Source: Octopus sinensis (lineage: Eukaryota). From it: DNA of 64,000 bases. This document shows positions 1 to 13,749 of the stretch, one piece after another. The first letter of the stretch is position 1. Every line of letters begins with the position of its first letter. The position numbers were made by a program, and so were the translations under genes. The notes beneath the pieces are model-generated. The model ran no database searches. It saw only the letters and a list, made by a program, of their open reading frames with translations, and was not told the origin of the DNA. The DNA lies in assembly GCF_006345805.1 (NCBI RefSeq), contig NC_043001.1:77624001-77688000 (forward strand), written 5' to 3'.

Positions 1-126
1 ACCGTCAAAACCTTGTTTATTTTTATGTTATTTATTTATTTATTATTAGTGTTGGTTAATATGTTTAACTAAAATTGCTGTTTCGTTTTATATATCATCA
101 GAAAAAGGTAATCAAAATTCATTAAA

Positions 127-213
127 ATGAGAGATCTATCGGACTTTGAAAGAAGTCAAATTGTTGGTCTCGTATGGCAGGTGCTAGCGTAACGAAAACA
201 GGCGAAATGTTTG
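127..213 (+). pseudogene. Tc1-like transposase N-terminal fragment
   Basis: Reads MRDLSDFERSQIVG, then after a frameshift RMAGASVTKTGEMF, typical of the Tc1 paired-like HTH start; truncated. Confidence 0.6.
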
Positions 214-224
214 AAGTACTCTCT

Positions 225-1060
225 CGAAAAAAGTTCATCTTTTGCTATGATAAACTGTCCAAATGCTTTCATTACCTCTTCTATTACTTATAAAAAGCTC
301 AAATTGCTTAAATACGTGATGATCAGATGGAGAGATATCAGAGAAATAGGGATGTTGCAAAATCTCATAATTCAGGCTTTACAATTTTTGGACCGTAGCT
401 TGAGAAGTGTGAGGACGTGCATTGTAGTGGAGCAAAATTGGGCCATCTCTATTCACTAGTCTGGGTCACTTCTTTTTCGAATTCTCATGCATAATATCAG
501 TTTTCTGGCAATAGGGTGTTGCTGTTACCGTTTTGCTTTGTTGCAAAAATAAATAATGAATAACTCCTTTCGCAGGCCACCGAACATTGACCACTAACTT
601 TTTAGGGTGCATTGGTGGGTTTGGGTAGCTCCTGCATCTAATCATTGTCCTGTTATCCTGCTGTTGTCAAAGAGTATACATTTCTTATCCCAAGTAATGA
701 CTTGATGCAAAAATAGTCTTTTTCCAGTTGAGAAAGCAATTTTTACTGGTGTCCAAAAACAGTTGTGTGATATGTTTGGAGTTTTGATGAAAGTTTTCGA
801 ACCTTTGTTCTTGGATTTTGTTCAACCAAAATGTTTAATCCGTCATGCCGAGTAACTGATTTTGGCCTACCCCTTGGTTTATTTTCATGGCTATCATCTG
901 AACGAGAGCTCTGGAACCATCTCTGAACAGTTCTGATGTCAACGAAACCATTACCAAAAGCCCGCTTGATATTCCGTAGAGATTCTGCGGCAGAGTGAGC
1001 CAGCTTGTACTCATATGAGAAAATCACTCAACATAGTTTGGTTGTTATCATCTTCATAAT
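225..1060 (-). pseudogene. Decayed mariner (Mos1/SETMAR-like) transposase
   Basis: ORF 743-1027 (YEYKLAHSAAESLRNI...TVQRWF...PRGRP) is the Mos1-type HTH; downstream broken frames give ITWDKKC (ITGDEKW-like), HYNARPH and HPYFSDISPSDHHVF (YSPDLAPSD-like). Confidence 0.85.
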
Positions 1061-1919
1061 GAATGTGAGTACGAATTTTGTATAACAATATTGCTGGGAA
1101 AAAAAAAGAGTCAAGATTAAACGCAAGGTATACATAATAGAGTTTTTAAATGACTGAAATAGCAAATAGTTAAAAATGAGACATTTCATAATTAGATGTA
1201 AGTGTGTACAGAATTAAGTATACGCAGGAAACACGGAAAAGTAATTGTTTAATAAAATTGTAAAATATTCGCGAAGGATAATATATTGAATTTGTTCCTG
1301 CGGTTTGGAAAGATAGACGTACTTCGGCGCACACACACACACGCACACACGCATACACACGTACACACACACAAAAGCGGGGGAGGGGAGGAGTGAGATA
1401 AAGAAAGGGATGAACTGACAAAGGGAAAGAGAGAGAGGGTGGGGGATGTGAACAGAACGAAAGTGAAAGTAAACCAAGCAGAAAAAAAGAAGACAGAGCA
1501 ACTGAGTGATTTTTTTTTATGTAGATTAATGTACAGCTTGCTAGCTAGCTAGACAGGTAGATAAATAGATATATAGATAGATATAGGTATGGTGTTAGTG
1601 AGAGAGAAGTAGCAGACATAGAGATATTTAGGAGACAGGTAGTGAGAAGGAGTAATGAATGTGCTTGAATGAGATGTGCGTTAAATAATTCAAAGCGATG
1701 CAGGGTTGTCAGTTTTATGGTTAAATGGCATTTATATCATCTTCGCAACCAGAATCGCAAGCATTTGTCTGTTCGTGTAGCTGATACTTAGATGTGTTAT
1801 AGATAAGTAGATAGTTTCATAGATTCTTAGATCGATATAACTAGGCGGATGTGTGGTAATATATATATATAGAGAGAGAAATATGCTAATAGTCCGGTCT
1901 ACACATGTATGCATGTATG

Positions 1920-1953
<34 letters not shown>

Positions 1954-2001
1954 TGTATGTATGTATGTATGTATGTATGTGGGTGGGTGTATATATGCGT
2001 A

Positions 2002-2039
<38 letters not shown>

Positions 2040-2248
2040 GTGTGTGTTTGTATCTGTTAATGCGTGAACTTCGAACTTATGAACAGATTACTCAATAGTA
2101 TTCAATGGATAGCGTAGAACTTCTAATTTGGAGCATTTGAGTGAACCGCTAACAAAAGTAATGAACCTCCTATCTTTGTCTGTGGGTCTAATTATCTTAC
2201 CTTTGTATAAAATTTATATATGTATATCATCATCATCATCATCATAAT

Positions 2249-2534
2249 CATGTGACCGACCAGGCTATCAGATGTTGCTACACATCGCTGGTCACAATTC
2301 ACTTCGCATTGTTTTAGACTTCAAATGACGCCACCCCGCTGGCTAAGCGAGCAGGCCAACAGAAAAAAAGTGAGAGAAAGTTGTAGGGAAAGAGTACAGA
2401 AGGGACCGCCACCACCCCCTGCCAGAGCCTCGTGGAGCTTTAGGTGTTTTCGCTCTATAAACACTCACAAAGCTCGGTCTGGGAATCGAAGCCGCGAGTC
2501 TGCTGCCCTAACCACTGGGCCATTGTGCCTCCAC
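2249..2534 (-). mobile_element. tRNA-derived SINE, family C (possibly octopus OR1/OR2-like)
   Basis: Minus strand starts GTGGAGGCACAATGGCCCAGTGGTTAGGGCAG (A box) with a TTCGATTCC B box; close copy at 32575-32880. Confidence 0.8.
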
Positions 2535-2545
2535 ATATATGTATA

Positions 2546-2593
<48 letters not shown>

Positions 2594-2637
2594 ATATATA
2601 TATATCTATATCTATATATATATATATATATATATAG

Positions 2638-2668
<31 letters not shown>

Positions 2669-4233
2669 TATATACCCAATTTCCAACTTCTAATATCTTG
2701 ACAATATTTATGACCATACCTAGCCATGGACTGTCAACTCACTCTTACCCTCCATTCCAAACAGACACTGTCTTCTAGTTTTAGATTTAGTAGTTGATAA
2801 AAAGACAAATAAATTAGAAATGAACCACAATCCTTTTCAAGCTATGACCCCAGTGAGCTTCATACCTTTCTTGGAAGTCTAGCCTTTTCTTAGTTACAAT
2901 AGCGTCAACATGGATTTCTTCCATCTTTTTGAGAAAAATTATATTTATTGACGTAATGTTTGCGGTTTTAGACATTAGAATGGGACTTCATCAGACTCCC
3001 ACTAAAGCTCCTCTTTCACATTGTGCGTCTTCGGATTTTTCTTGGTGGGGAGCATATGTCGGGTGGAAACAAAGAATAAATAAAAGTGCGGTTAGAGGAT
3101 GAGTAATTAGCATAGAGATAATGTAGGGAGAATAGAGAGAGGGAATACAAAGAAGAAGGGGAAGAATAAGAATAAAGAAGAAGGTGAAGGAGGAGGAGGA
3201 GGAGGGGGAGAAAGAGAAGGAAGTGGAGGAGAAGGAGCTATGGACATTGATAAATGAGGAAGGGCAATATACAACAAAACACTTTATGTGGACTAAAAAT
3301 TTTCACAGCGGTCGATCAGTGCAGCATTTGTCACTGGTACCAAATTTCGTTTGATGGCTGAAAATTTATTTGACCACTAGATAACATTCACCAACGAAAA
3401 CGTAAAAGAGGCAAAAGGGAAAACGCAATTTAGATAGCCCTGACAATTTCCAAGGAATGAAAATAATAATGACCAGTCACGTGATGTGTGTGTGGTGGGG
3501 GAATAGTGTGGTATGTAGTAGAATGGCATAAATCACCTGCTAGCTAGGAGACCATTTATGATCTTAAAGTGTTTATGCTAGGGAAATGAAATGCAAAATA
3601 AAAAAGAGGGGGAAATCTAACAGCGATGGGTATGCCCTAAAGAGTTAAAGCAGAAAATAATTATTTAGAGTTTAACTGAAAAGTGGTCAAGAATTTCATA
3701 TAATATGTTAGCTTTGAACATATATAACTTTGGTAAATTGAAGATATATATAAAAATAGAGAGAATAGAGAAATCAAATATAGGAACAATGATTAAATAA
3801 ATAAGACGTATAGACTGAAAATTAATACTTACCTGGTGATATATATATATTACTGCCTGATGAAGGAGACTGGGGATAAAAGTGATTAGGGTTAATATAC
3901 TTTGAAAGTTTAAAAATTATCAAAATAAAAGAGTTGAGAATTAACTAGGATTATGTGACTAGAATCAGCAATAATATGACATTAGTTACGTAGTACGTTG
4001 CTAAATCTTTATAACTGGAGGGGTAGATAAGATGTGAGGGTAAAACGGGACTATATGTAATTCGTTTGAAAATTAAAACATTAAAACATTAAAAATTCGA
4101 TTAAAAAGTATATAGAAGCAGGGAAATGTAAAAAATTATAACATAAAAATTATAAAAATATTTTGTTCGAGAAATGGAATAAAACGAATATGAATGGTTG
4201 AGGAAACAACGTTCCGTTTCAACAGTTATAGAT

Positions 4234-4268
<35 letters not shown>

Positions 4269-4296
4269 ATGTATGTATGTATGTATGTATGTATGC

Positions 4297-4344
<48 letters not shown>

Positions 4345-4662
4345 TACATAATAAAACAGTGTTTGTGTGTGTGTGTATGCGTGTGTGTGTTTATGTTTCT
4401 TATGGATTCGAAAACTGAGTTGCCAATTTTGACGTATGACGTATCAAAAGGTTCAGTAATCTTTCGGCTACCAAATAAAGTATATTTTTGCACAACCAGT
4501 TTTTTTACTATAAAAATAACCTCGAAAACGATGTCGGGTCGCACAGTTTTGAGGTCTTTAGCTAACGGAGGCAATTCTGCCTGAATAGTATGTCTTAGAG
4601 CATAATGAGAAAATGTTTAAAATACATGGAATTTTACCAGGGAATAAAACTTCGAAGATATA

Positions 4663-4885
4663 CCTCTTTACTCTCTTTTACTCTCTTTTACTTGTTTCAG
4701 TCATTTGACTGCGGCCATGCTGGAGCACCGCCTTTAGTTGAGCAAATCGACCCCAGGACTTATTCTTTGTAAGCCCAGTACTTATTCTATCGGTCTCTTT
4801 TGCCGAACCGCTAAGTGACGGGGACGTAAACACACCAGCATCGGTTGTCAGGCAATGCTAGGGGGACAAACACAGACACACAACG

Positions 4886-4930
<45 letters not shown>

Positions 4931-5096
4931 TACGACAGGCTTCTTTCAGTTTCCGTCTACCAAATCCACTCACAAGGTATTGGTCGGCCCGGGGCTATAG
5001 CAGAAGACACTTGCCCAAGGTGCCACGCAGTAGGACTGAACCCGTAACCATGTGGTTGGTTAGCAAGCTACTTACCACACAGCCACTCCTGCGCCT
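4663..5096 (-). mobile_element. tRNA-derived SINE, family A, full length with internal (CA)/(TA) microsatellite
   Basis: Minus head GGCGCAGGAGTGGCTGTGTGGTAAG...GGGTTCAGTCC, central CACCTTGGGCAAGTGTCTTC, tail of GTAAAAGA-like repeats; several other copies in the window. Confidence 0.85.
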
Positions 5097-6201
5097 ATAA
5101 ATTAAATTGCATCGACCGGGAAACTTTATTAAAATGCCTCTATTTTGGTCTTTGTATTATTTGTATTATTTAGTAGGTAATGCTTGTATTATTAATATTA
5201 TTTAGGAGATAATCTTTTAATGTGAAGTATGTTTGTCTGTTTTGTTTAGCCCAGACCGTAAACTTTATTAGTATTTTTCATTGTGTCTGGGGAGAGTCAT
5301 TCTCTTTTTGTCCCTCATTTTTTAACACACTCACCGGTTCGATCGCCAATCATTTATCTATATGCTTACTTATTATTTTTTCTAAAATTTTCATTGTGTC
5401 TTGAACCCTTTTCAAATGTCGTTGATTCTGTACGTTATCAGAGCCGCGTTCTTTTTTGACTGTTTGTTTGTTTGTTTGTGCGCATATGTGCACCAGTGTG
5501 CATTGTATACACATAGTATATATGCATGTGTGTGTTTGCATGTATATGTATGTATGCATATATATATATGAAGTGAAGTATGTTTGTCTGTTTTGTTTAG
5601 CCCAGAGTGGCTTCTGATGCAGCAGACCCACCGCAAATATTTTTTCTTCCTGGAATACTGTAAATCTATGTCTTTCTTTTGATGAAAGAGTGTGTTTTAA
5701 GAGTGATTTGGCTACTATTTTTAGTAGCAGAAGTTACCACACAGATATCTCGCTGTGTGTGTGTTTTGTTGTGAAAAAATTACTTCTCAGAATATTTTGC
5801 ACAATAATTTAAAAATAAATCTGGACATATTTCTTACTGCTGACCATTCAACTTCAAATTACAATTGTTAACCGCTGGAATTCAAGTAGACTTAGACGTA
5901 CATATAGTGTAACCGTATAGAGTGGAGGTCCAATACGAAGTTTTGAACTCATTATCTTCTGGTTAGTAATCCATCACCTTAAATTTGAAGCCATTAAGTC
6001 TTTAAACATTATTTTACTGGGTTTATTCTTTCGACTCTCCCCATGACGGGGTATAAGCCTCAAAAATTAAATTGATCATACTGACCTCAGTACCTATTTC
6101 AATCTGGCAATTATTTTATAGATCTCCGTTTGATGAACTGCTAACTTTGAGACATAGTTGGACACAATACTCGATTTAACAATAAATACGCACACACACT
6201 A

Positions 6202-6355
6202 GGTGCAAAAATGAATGCGTGGTTGAGAGGTTTGCTTCTCAACCACATGGTTCCATGTTGAGTCCCTCTGCGTGATATCTTGGACAAGTTATTTCTACTA
6301 TAGCCCTACGCCAGCAACAGACTTGTAACTGAATTTGGTAGACGAAAACTGAAGC
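6202..6355 (+). mobile_element. Diverged 5' half of SINE family A
   Basis: AACCACATGGTTCC...TTGGACAAGT...GAATTTGGTAGACGAAAACTGAAG matches the family A head and centre. Confidence 0.6.
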
Positions 6356-6511
6356 GTTGTTCATCAGAAAATGACAGATAAACAAGTTTATAAAGAAGAG
6401 TTGTTTGCTTCATACAGCTCGTGTGCTGATTCTGCCTATAAGAAGCGACAAATAATGCAATGTGGCTGTAGGTCATAACACTCGCGCAACACCGGTGTGT
6501 ATTGCTAGTAT

Positions 6512-6573
<62 letters not shown>

Positions 6574-6805
6574 TTTTTTTGCTTTGCAATTCATGTTTAT
6601 ATTCACTTTTAAATCCTTCCCATTCTTGAAAATTTTGGTTGTCTCTTGCTCAATTAATTCACATGATTCACAAAGGGGTCTCCAGAGCTAGTTACTTGCA
6701 TCATTTCTTTTCAAATGTGAATCTCGCCTTTGTTAGGAGTCTCTTGAGGCTAGGTTATTGATAATTTCTGAGTTCCAATTATTCGTTTTATATATGTGTG
6801 TGTGT

Positions 6806-6883
<78 letters not shown>

Positions 6884-6884
6884 T

Positions 6885-7054
6885 TGAGCAGTACTTTTAA
6901 TTTTATCGATCTGAAGTGGTTCTTGTATCATCAACCCTGAAAGGATGAAAGGTAAAATCGACCTCAGCGGAATTTGTACTCAGGACATAAAGACAGATGA
7001 AACGCCACGAAACAGTTTTTCCGGTGCGCATACGATTCTGGAAACTCGTCACCT
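6885..7054 (-). mobile_element. Diverged SINE family B
   Basis: GAAAGGATGAAAGGTAAAATCGACCTCAGCGGAATTTG matches family B; (AAT)n follows. Confidence 0.6.
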
Positions 7055-7058
7055 TGAC

Positions 7059-7089
<31 letters not shown>

Positions 7090-7090
<1 letters not shown>

Positions 7091-8068
7091 CCGATGCAAT
7101 ATCAGGCAGTGGCTCTCATTGCTTCTGATCAAAATATTGCTCCAAGAGAAATGGAGAAAGACCTTGAAATTGAAGTAATCAATGTGTGTCACGAAGGTGA
7201 AAACCATAGCAGTAATAATTGGAGCCTTGTGTATGATAAAAAAAACGTATCAACGAAACGTAGCATCTATAGCTGGACCCTCAACTCTACACATTATCCC
7301 CAAAATAGCCTACGAAATACATCATCAACTCGATAATACAACACAAATAAAACAAACCACAGGACACTCTGTACAGTAAATATCCAATAAAATAAACAAG
7401 AATCACATGTACTCTAATGGCAGGATACTCAACAGAAGAACACAACTCGCATTACACATGCATGCATGCACACACACACGCACGCACACACATGCACATG
7501 CACGCACACACAAATACACACAAACGCACGCGTGCGCGCACACATATACACACGCAATACAAATAGTAATACAACAAGAGACTGTAACCAAACCCCATAA
7601 CAAAGACGGAGGCAATGCAAAGTTGAGAAGAGTTTACACCCCCTCCCAACGCCGTCAACAAATTAACACAAGGCTGCACACATCTCAACAAAACAGTGGT
7701 GTAGCTGGTGATGCGGTAGAAATCTGCCTGAAATTATCAAATGTCGAATAATAACAATAACAATAATAATCATAGTAATAGTAATAATGATTATAAGAAT
7801 AATTAGCGGAAACAATTCCTATCATAGTAGGGGCATTAGGTATGATAAAAAAAATATTCAGACAAATACATATCAAAAACATCAGAATTAACATGTATAT
7901 ATAACATACAGAAGATAGAACTACTAGGCACCGCACACATCCTACGTAAAACACTTTCAATACAGTAAAAATAAGAGCATCACAACAAATCACAGCACAT
8001 ACCCAAGGAACACAGAGCTGCGCTCGGTAGAGCAGTGAAAGTCCGTGATAAAAATAAGACTACTGACT
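7090..8068 (+). mobile_element. Two 3'-end fragments of R4/Dong-type LINE (7090-7400 and 7800-8068)
   Basis: KDLEIEV...IIGALCMIKK and TIPIIVGALGMIKK motifs; 7800-8068 aligns with 28460-28718 including the 3' UTR CACAGAGCTGCGCTCGGTAG and is followed by (AAT)n. Confidence 0.75.
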
Positions 8069-8072
8069 AATG

Positions 8073-8117
<45 letters not shown>

Positions 8118-8701
8118 GTAATAATAATAATAATAATAATCCATGTGCTAAGAATTGTTCTTTTTATTATTCCTGTGTTCAAATTCATATCCATGTCCAT
8201 GTATCATTCTTGTACATGAAGGTAATTCAATCTTATTTCATGCCAACTCATCAACTATTTATCTAGTTATTCTTATTATATTTTATTATACACAATTATC
8301 CATAAATCATATTCTGCCTTGTGTTGCATTTCTGTACTGTACTTTTCACTTTCTCTCTCCAGACATTCGATGACATCTTAAAATCTCTTTGCTTGCCCTA
8401 GTGTGTTGGGTTTAACCCAGTGAGCTACTGTATCAAACTTGCAGATTAAAAGCAAAACGATAAGAAAGCAATGATAACAATTCGTTCTGCAACTTTTGAG
8501 AAAGGAACATGTCAATTACATTGGCCGCAGTACTTCACTGGTACATAAATTTATCAACAACGAAAGGATGATCAGACTAAACTCAGAGTTGACGTCAGTA
8601 GATTTCAGCCTATATTGTATTGAGTCTGAAGAAATGCCTCTGGACATTTTGTCGATGTGCTAAGGACTGAACACTCACGCTAACTTAATAATAATAATAG
8701 T

Positions 8702-8754
<53 letters not shown>

Positions 8755-8854
8755 TAAAAATAATGATATTATTATTATTAATATTCTTCTTCTTATCATT
8801 ATTATATTATTATTATTATTAATAATAATAATAGTAATAATAATAATAATAATT

Positions 8855-11320
8855 CCTCCGGTTCAATCCGAAAAGATTTGAGGATGGTGAGTAGTCCTTT
8901 ATACGCTTATGAAAGATAGTTGTTTTATTGTCCCAGGAAGAACTGCCGCACAAAATCACCTTCAGTGGCCTCCAAGGAACAGAAACAAACTCATCTCCAG
9001 ACAATTTATATGCTACTACATAAAGGACGATAAATAATAGAGTGAAAACACCATATAATTCGGTCTATTGTGAACAAGGAGAATACGTCTTTTGAATATG
9101 GTATATAAAATGATGAGGTTTAGGAACGTGCAAAACGCAACACCGCCAGAACTTAAAAATCACTCTACAATAAAAGCACATTCATTTTATAAAGGCGGAT
9201 GTGTTTCCTGAATTCCTGTAAATAAAGCCGAATTGAATAAATGGTCTCCTGAGAATTACGATTCTGTATTAAATACATATTTTATAGCTACACCTCATTT
9301 CCAAAACAAGGCTAATGTATCAAGAGAAAATAAGCCTGACGTAGAAGCCACGTTGGAACTCAACCGATTAACTAGTTTAAGAAGATACATACTGAAAACT
9401 TAAGAATATATGAGACATAAAAATAGAAGACTTCAAAGAAATGATATATAATGAAAATACTAGCAACCAACAAAAGAACAACCTTACAAACAATGAATAT
9501 AAAGTATTGAAACTATGAATATTGAAAACATAAATCACGAAGATAAGACCTAACAAGTGTGAAACAAGGAAGAGAAATAACAAACTAGAAGCAATTACAC
9601 CCAAGCATACCTTTATAATAAAAAAGCAACAAAAGCCGCACCAGAACCAGATGAAAGAATATTTGAACACAAGTGAATGTTTGAAAGATCTAAGAAATGA
9701 AATCTGTAAAGATGGAAGTTTTGATTATGACAATAATACAATGACGGAAATATTTAAAGACGTAAAAGTGATAGGTATCGCGATAGAAAACCCTGCACTT
9801 AATGGTAGAATAGAAACCCCTGCTATAAGTTATAAAATAGTAAAAGAAACCTTTAACATTAATTATAAAGTAGAAACAGTCTTAAAGATTAGTTGATCAT
9901 AGACTTAAGGAAAGTAGATGTAAACAAAGATATCTACTGAATAAATACTCATCTTTGATGCTAGCGTGGTAGGACAGGTTAACCGCCCAGAATATCGTAT
10001 GCAGCACTGCCTAATATAAAACGAAGCAGAAAACCAATATGAAAAGAATATTAAAAATTCAAAATGAAATATATTTCAATGAAAAGAGATAATGATAACA
10101 AATCGCTCACGAGTGAAAGATTAAATGTAAATATAAATTAATTACCTAATGGAATGTTCATAAAATATGTACCGGAAAGCGAAAAGTCCTAACATAAGAG
10201 AGTATTTGCAAAACCCCAAAAAGTTCGGGTAAAAAGTGACAACCTGTTTATGAATAAAGTAAAGAGTTTAGTTATAATCTGAACCGAACTAGTGAAAAGC
10301 AAATGATTAATGCTGCTACGAAAAGAGTCTTTCACGTTTGCCACGATGAAAATTTTACATAGTAAAAGCGCGTTCAAGGAAAACATTATTAGGAAGGAAT
10401 ATCAACGCGAGAAGTAAGAGCTGAACGAATTGAAAGCACCTCAAATTGGCAGAGTGCCAAAGGTCTCTGTAAAATATATAACAGATATTCATAAGGTACT
10501 TGCAAAAATATTCAACAATTTACTGTAAGAGACAGAAATAACATTTAAACGGCTTACTGAAAGAGATAAATGCTCATCTTATTCCGCAAGGCGTAAGAAA
10601 TAGCAAACACCTAAAGCTACAGACACGTAAATTATGTGTCTACATGTTAAAACCACTTACCATCGATCTTATAGTTAATGATATATGTTCACCTGGTAGA
10701 GAACAGAAGGAATGCTGATAAGTCGCAATTGAATGCAAACATCAGTCCTTGATAAAGAAAACCATAACTGAAATGTAAAAGAAAAAAAAAGAAGAAAAAT
10801 AAACAGCCTGAGAATGGCATGAATAGATTACCAGAACATTTTCAGTAGTGTTCCTTCCATTCAGTCATGAGTGAGATGGCACCAAAAACATGCAAATACA
10901 TCAAACATGCAAAACGTGAATGGAAGGCTGTTCAGATCCTTACAAAAATAGAAATTCTAAAAACGAACCGATCTCTATTAGCACAGGAATTTTCTAGACA
11001 CTCTATCTTTATTTACCTTCTATTTGACTGTGAAAATTCTAACCGATCTGCTACACCTGACAAAAATCAGCTAAGTGTGTTTTGAAGTGATAATCAACAA
11101 TCATCTACTGTACACGTTAGAGATTACGAGAATAGGCTACATGTTATAGGATACAACTTGCAAAATCTGGAAATCTGAAAAACTCAAAGCTAAACCAAGT
11201 ATAAAAGTTATTTAAAAATTCGTTGTACAGAAATGTACGTATACTACAATAACTACAATAAAAAGAGGTAAAGTAAAACAAAAACTAATAATATGATATT
11301 TAGAAATATGATATTTAGAT
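8855..11320 (+). mobile_element. Highly decayed R4/Dong-type LINE remnant
   Basis: A-rich plus strand with RT remnants (GCATGAATAGATTACCAGAACATTTTC = AW-IDYQ-F-like; ATCAACAATCATCTACTGTAC = INNHLLY); starts after an (AAT)n array. Confidence 0.45.
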
Positions 11321-11324
11321 AAGA

Positions 11325-11990
11325 CAGTTTGGCTGAAAACAAGTTTACAGACAATGAATTTTGCTTTCATCCTGCTGGAATCTATAAAATAAATACAAGC
11401 TGAAAGTGTTGAACTGTCCAAGATTTTAGAGCATAGAACAGGATGTCTTGCGGTATTACTTCGAGCTGAAAGTGGTGGAATTTAGTAGTTGTTCGGTTTA
11501 GCTGGATCTTTCATTGGTTTCCGGTCTGACTTAGTTGAGGGGTGGAAATTCGGCAGCGTGATCCGTAGCAGCATTAACTGTGAGTCCGAAGACTCGGGCA
11601 TGCTGGTGCAGTTGTGAACTTACTGAACAAAGGTATTTTGCGTAGGCCGATGTCTGTACTAGAGGTGAGAGTTTCGGGTCTTCAGGTCTTTGGTCCGCCC
11701 TGTCTTGCTCCACATTTGCAAAGAGGTCTGCAACTTCAACATTTCCACCTCTCAAGAAAGACAAACGAAATGGATTCCCTTAGAAAGCCAACGAAAGATC
11801 CAGATAAACAGATCAACTACTTAATTCCACCACTTTGAACTCGAAGTAATACCACGAGACATCCCGTTCTACTCTCTAAACTCTCGGACAGTTCAACGCC
11901 TTCGGCTTGTATTGTTTCAAAGATTTCCGTGGGATGAAAGCAAAATTCATTAATTTCTCTGTTAGTAAATTTCTTTTCAACCAACTGTAG
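11325..11990. repeat. Diverged inverted repeat, arms ~11325-11548 and ~11740-11990
   Basis: AATGAATTTTGCTTTCATCC...GGTATTACTTCGAG...AAAGTGGTGGAATT is mirrored by AATTCCACCACTTT...CTCGAAGTAATACC...GGATGAAAGCAAAATTCATT. Confidence 0.85.
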
Positions 11991-12421
11991 AACAAGCCAA
12001 TGAGGACTAGGACATTGTCCGGAGCTATTATTTTCCGCCTGAGCTACTTCAGTACCAGGACTCTTCGCAGTATTATGACTTACCATTGGTCGTATTTCGT
12101 ACTCAACCAACGACTATACTCAGAAACTGGTATGTGTCCTTTATTTTGTTATAGTTAAGCATCAGCTTACACTGTTTGGTCATGTTCCTCGATTTTCCGA
12201 TTTGGATCCTATCTACCATGTTCTCTTCTCCGAGGATTCCGCTGGGGTGGTGGCTCATGTCGGTCTGTGATATGCCCCATGGTCACAGTGAATGAGGAAA
12301 TATTTCACGGCGATGGGAACTTACTGGGATACTCCTCGGAGGGTTACCCAAGTAAATACCGACAAGTGATGCATGCAGCGGCGCGCTGAAACGGCACAAG
12401 GTCTTATATATGACCTGAACT
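11545..12421 (+). mobile_element. RTE-clade LINE 3' fragment interrupted by a ~310-bp insert
   Basis: FGSVIRSS...RRLGHAGAVVNLLNKGI...RVFRSLVRPVLL (11545-11730), then TRTLRSIMTYHW...NQRLYSETG...HQLTLFGHV (12050-12250), ending in a TGACCTGA tail. Confidence 0.7.
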
Positions 12422-12613
12422 GATCGGTTTATCACAACCACCTGGTCCTTGAAGGTCTCTAATGGTGTTGGATATTTAGCGAGCTTTCGAACTAGGTTTC
12501 CGGTGTAAGTATAATTTACTTGATTTAACGATCAGTCTCAAACACATTAAAATAATCATGGGCAGTCTGCGGCCCGCAAGAATTTCTGAATGGCTCGCCT
12601 AACAGAAAATTAC

Positions 12614-12689
12614 CTTGAATGAGTTCATTGGCGCTCCCAGCTGAGGATAACTGATTTATCATGCATTTGACTTCTCGATAAAAGTTGAC
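12614..12689 (-). other. Candidate internal exon (76 nt) of an unidentified minus-strand transcript
   Basis: Acceptor TTTTATATTTTCAG and donor CAAG|GTAATT; only phase 0 is open (VNFYREVKCMINQLSSAGSANELIQ). Confidence 0.35.
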
Positions 12690-13749
12690 CTGAAAATATA
12701 AAATGTACAAAGGGTGGCTACAACGGATAACAGAAGACAAAGAGATGTAATATAATAGGGAAATTAATGATTAGATTAATTATTAATTATTTGTGCTAAA
12801 ATCTAAATATACGTTAGTAAAAATCAGTATATATTAATTAGTCATAATTATGGTAGTTTTGAGTGGAAGATAAATGATTTAGTAAAGTAAACAGGAATAT
12901 AAGTTATCTAATAACTATAGGAAGAGTGAACCAACCCAAAATGGGACCGAAAATTTTCAAAAAAAGAAAAAAGAAATATTGCAGAAATAGTGGTCTATGA
13001 CAAGAAAACTATAATACAATATCTACTGCAAAACTACTTAGTATGTAGTAGAAAATGGCATAGAACTAAAAGAAATAAGTAAAACACAAAAAAGAGACAA
13101 AAACCACCCAAAACTTAAAGTGAAAAAAAAGTTACAAAAAAGGCTGTTTTCTGTCTTCAGGGAAGACAATAATTACGAAAGAGTTTGAGGCAATCATGAG
13201 GAAGGTGAAGAAAAAATAACAGGAAATATAAGGAAAAACTAAATGAAAAGCAGAATAATATAATAACCATGCTAAGACTGAAAAACAAGCCATTAGATTG
13301 TCGATGAATGAAAAACAAAAAGATAACTAACAATAGGATTCTCTCTTAATCGACGGACGTATCATTTAAAACAGAAGAAATAATTCTTTGAACGAAATAG
13401 AACAAAACATCTAAATAGTAATAATAATAAAAACAACTGAAAATAGAGATGTCCCGAATTTATATAATGGTAAGAAAATATATCCCTAAAATAACAGCTG
13501 CCTTGGGATTTATGAAAGAGAGATAGATAAATGCATGACTCAAAATAAAAAAAGACTTGCGCAACATCAGAAAAAGAAAAACAAAACTTCGTTTATATTG
13601 CGTAGAAAACATTCAATAAAATATAAAACACGAAACGGAGAGTCTAAAACACCACTGTATATAGGTACTCACACAACCATGCTAGCTTCTATAATAAATA
13701 CACTGCAATATAATAAAATGTGACACATTTTTAAAAGTAATAATAATAA

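Noticed and set aside
3825-3836. ATACTTACCTGG, identical to the 5' end of U1 snRNA
   Set aside because: Only 12 nt match; the downstream sequence is not U1-like.
2900-3900. CTGATGAAG boxes at ~2990 (minus) and ~3857 (plus) as hammerheads
   Set aside because: Could not build convincing stems II and I with a GAAA box; may be very old relics but not supportable.
4345-4560. Non-autonomous Helitron-like 5' region
   Set aside because: Only a vague resemblance; no 3' hairpin or CTRR end identified.
11660-11692. Minus-strand CTGAAGA-CCC-GAAA as a hammerhead
   Set aside because: No stem II, and it lies antisense to RTE coding sequence (RVFRSLV), so it is coincidental.
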